This document shows positions 62,401-64,000 of a DNA stretch of 64,000 nt, piece by piece. The notes below the pieces were generated by a model. It saw nothing but the letters and a program-made list of their open reading frames with translations. It ran no database searches and was not told the DNA's origin. Origin of the DNA: Podarcis melisellensis. Taxonomy: Eukaryota. The position numbers and the translations under genes are program-made. Position 1 is the stretch's first letter. Each line of letters opens with the position of its first letter. The stretch is from the NCBI GenBank assembly GCA_964234715.1, contig OZ174287.1. One strand, 5' to 3'.

Positions 62401-64000
62401 TCCCAGGTAGACTCAAATAAATTATTACAAATATTAATTACTGCACAAATAGGGATGGGCAGATTATTCTATTTACTGTCTATGTCAATATCCCATGTGG
62501 TCATTCATAAGCTTCTGTTCAATTTTTACATTAATCTGTGAATCTTTGAAATAAAAAAACCTGTGCAGAGTTTGTATTTAAATATGTATTTTATCACAAA
62601 ATGTGTATCTAAATATGCATTTGATTTATATTTTATCCTAAATTATGTATATTGGCATGTTTGTTGAGAAGTGTATTGCAAAATTTAGTGAGAAATCCAA
62701 AGAACAACTAGGCTCCAAATCATGCCTTAGTCCAAGAGTTGTGAATTAGATTAGTCTGCTTAAAAATGTGGACCGAACAAAATTCTCCTCCACCTCTATT
62801 CAAGCTAAATACTGGCAATGGAATGAACATCTATGAACTGAATGGATGACTGAAAACTGGAAAACCGTTATATGTTCATAATGTCTAGTTGGATAGAACC
62901 AAGAGGTAGCTATAGTCTTGAAAACGAAGAAACTGAATTATCATCATTATTTGACATATAATGTTCTAAGTATGTAAATGTATCTAACATTAATGTTAGT
63001 AAAAACCCTCTTAATTAGGATGGCCATGTGTTCTACTGTACAAAGGTCAGCCATCTATTTGAAGGGCTGTCCAGTCTAAGTCTGATTCCTCATCCCTTTT
63101 CTATTTCAAACTTAACAAGTCAACTATCTTCTAGGTTGGCATGACATTAGCTGGGACATGGTATTGGTTGTGTTGGTTGGTTCTGTTCTGAAAATAATAC
63201 ATAGACCTATCATAATGTGTGTCCCCAAATACAATTTGCAACACAAATTTATTTGGTAGTGAAAATCGTTTAAAATTGCGTATGTGTATTAGGGATGGTT
63301 CATAGATATAGGGAAACTAGCAATGGGGAACCTCTGGCCTGCGGGCTTAATTACATCCCAATATAACATCAGATATGGAGCAGCTAAGACACAACTGCAA
63401 AGGAACAACTGGATGCTTAAAATGCACGTCCAATGACTTCTTGGCAAGTGGAGTTTGATGATAGTGCCAATCAGCAGACTAGCACGGACAATAAGCCCCT
63501 CCGAAGTTGTCACCTGATGACCTACCCACCCACAAAGTGGCTGGTGGAGGAGGCCAGGATATGATTCACCAGTTGGATCCAATCCCCCACCACTTATGTA
63601 AAGATTTTATTTCTCACTGCTTGATGAAAATTAATGTCTGAACTGATTTGAATGGAAAAGCCTGTGTGAGAATATTTAATAATTTTGTTTATTTATTTTT
63701 CAGACTTACATCCAACTCTTTGTCCCAAGACCTCAGGGTAGGTTATAACAAGATGCAAGGTGATGTGAATATTCTATCTGTGGTACGTTTTCTATGCTGG
63801 CCCATCAGACCCAGCATCTCCACTCAACACCCTCAGAAAACTGGGAGCTATGGAAAACAGTGATGGACTCTGGGGTATCAAATTCCAGTGGCACCCTGTG
63901 CAACACCAAAATTCAGCACCCTGCTGTCCGCTGTCCCTCACACTGCATTTCAAATCACAGTTGTGGCATCCCCAAGGCTCTGCGCCTGGTGCGACTGAAC

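Larger units (their letters stand above)
27004..64000 (-). other. SKAP1: Large SKAP1 intron upstream of the last coding exon
   Basis: The preceding SH3 exon (YYQGLWDC...DELSFQRGD-like) was not found by eye in this window. Confidence 0.7.

Noticed and set aside
1-64000. CRISPR arrays, operons or viral genes
   Set aside because: No repeat-spacer arrays, no long uninterrupted ORFs and no LTR/gag/pol/env signatures seen.

Overview
Vertebrate nuclear DNA from a squamate reptile, probably a lacertid lizard (Sauria SINE plus squamate-type tRNA SINEs, CR1, L1, RTE and hAT/Tc1 MITEs). Two genes converge tail to tail. On + is most of SNX11 (PX-domain sorting nexin): coding exons at 2431-2454, 4317-4417, 5350-5448 and 7849-8061, and a probable last exon at 9386-9518. 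One expected PX exon is absent and most likely lies in the 200-N gap (2487-2686). On - is the 3' end of SKAP1: the last coding exon (second half of the SH3 domain, 26898-27003) and a candidate 3'UTR-only terminal exon (~22920-23552). No further SKAP1 exon was recognised, so 27004-64000 appears to be one large SKAP1 intron. In amniotes SNX11-SKAP1 lies just 3' of the HOXB cluster. The intron and intergenic DNA contain many repeat-free, CpG-retaining blocks rich in Pbx-Hox, Meis, Sox, TCF, RFX and ZIC motifs, one DR5 RARE-like element and two CTCF-like sites. The best candidate 'system' is therefore a long-range cis-regulatory landscape, inferred from motifs and synteny and not checked by alignment. 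No novel protein-coding system is supported: nearly all ORFs in the track are chance ORFs or TE remnants.
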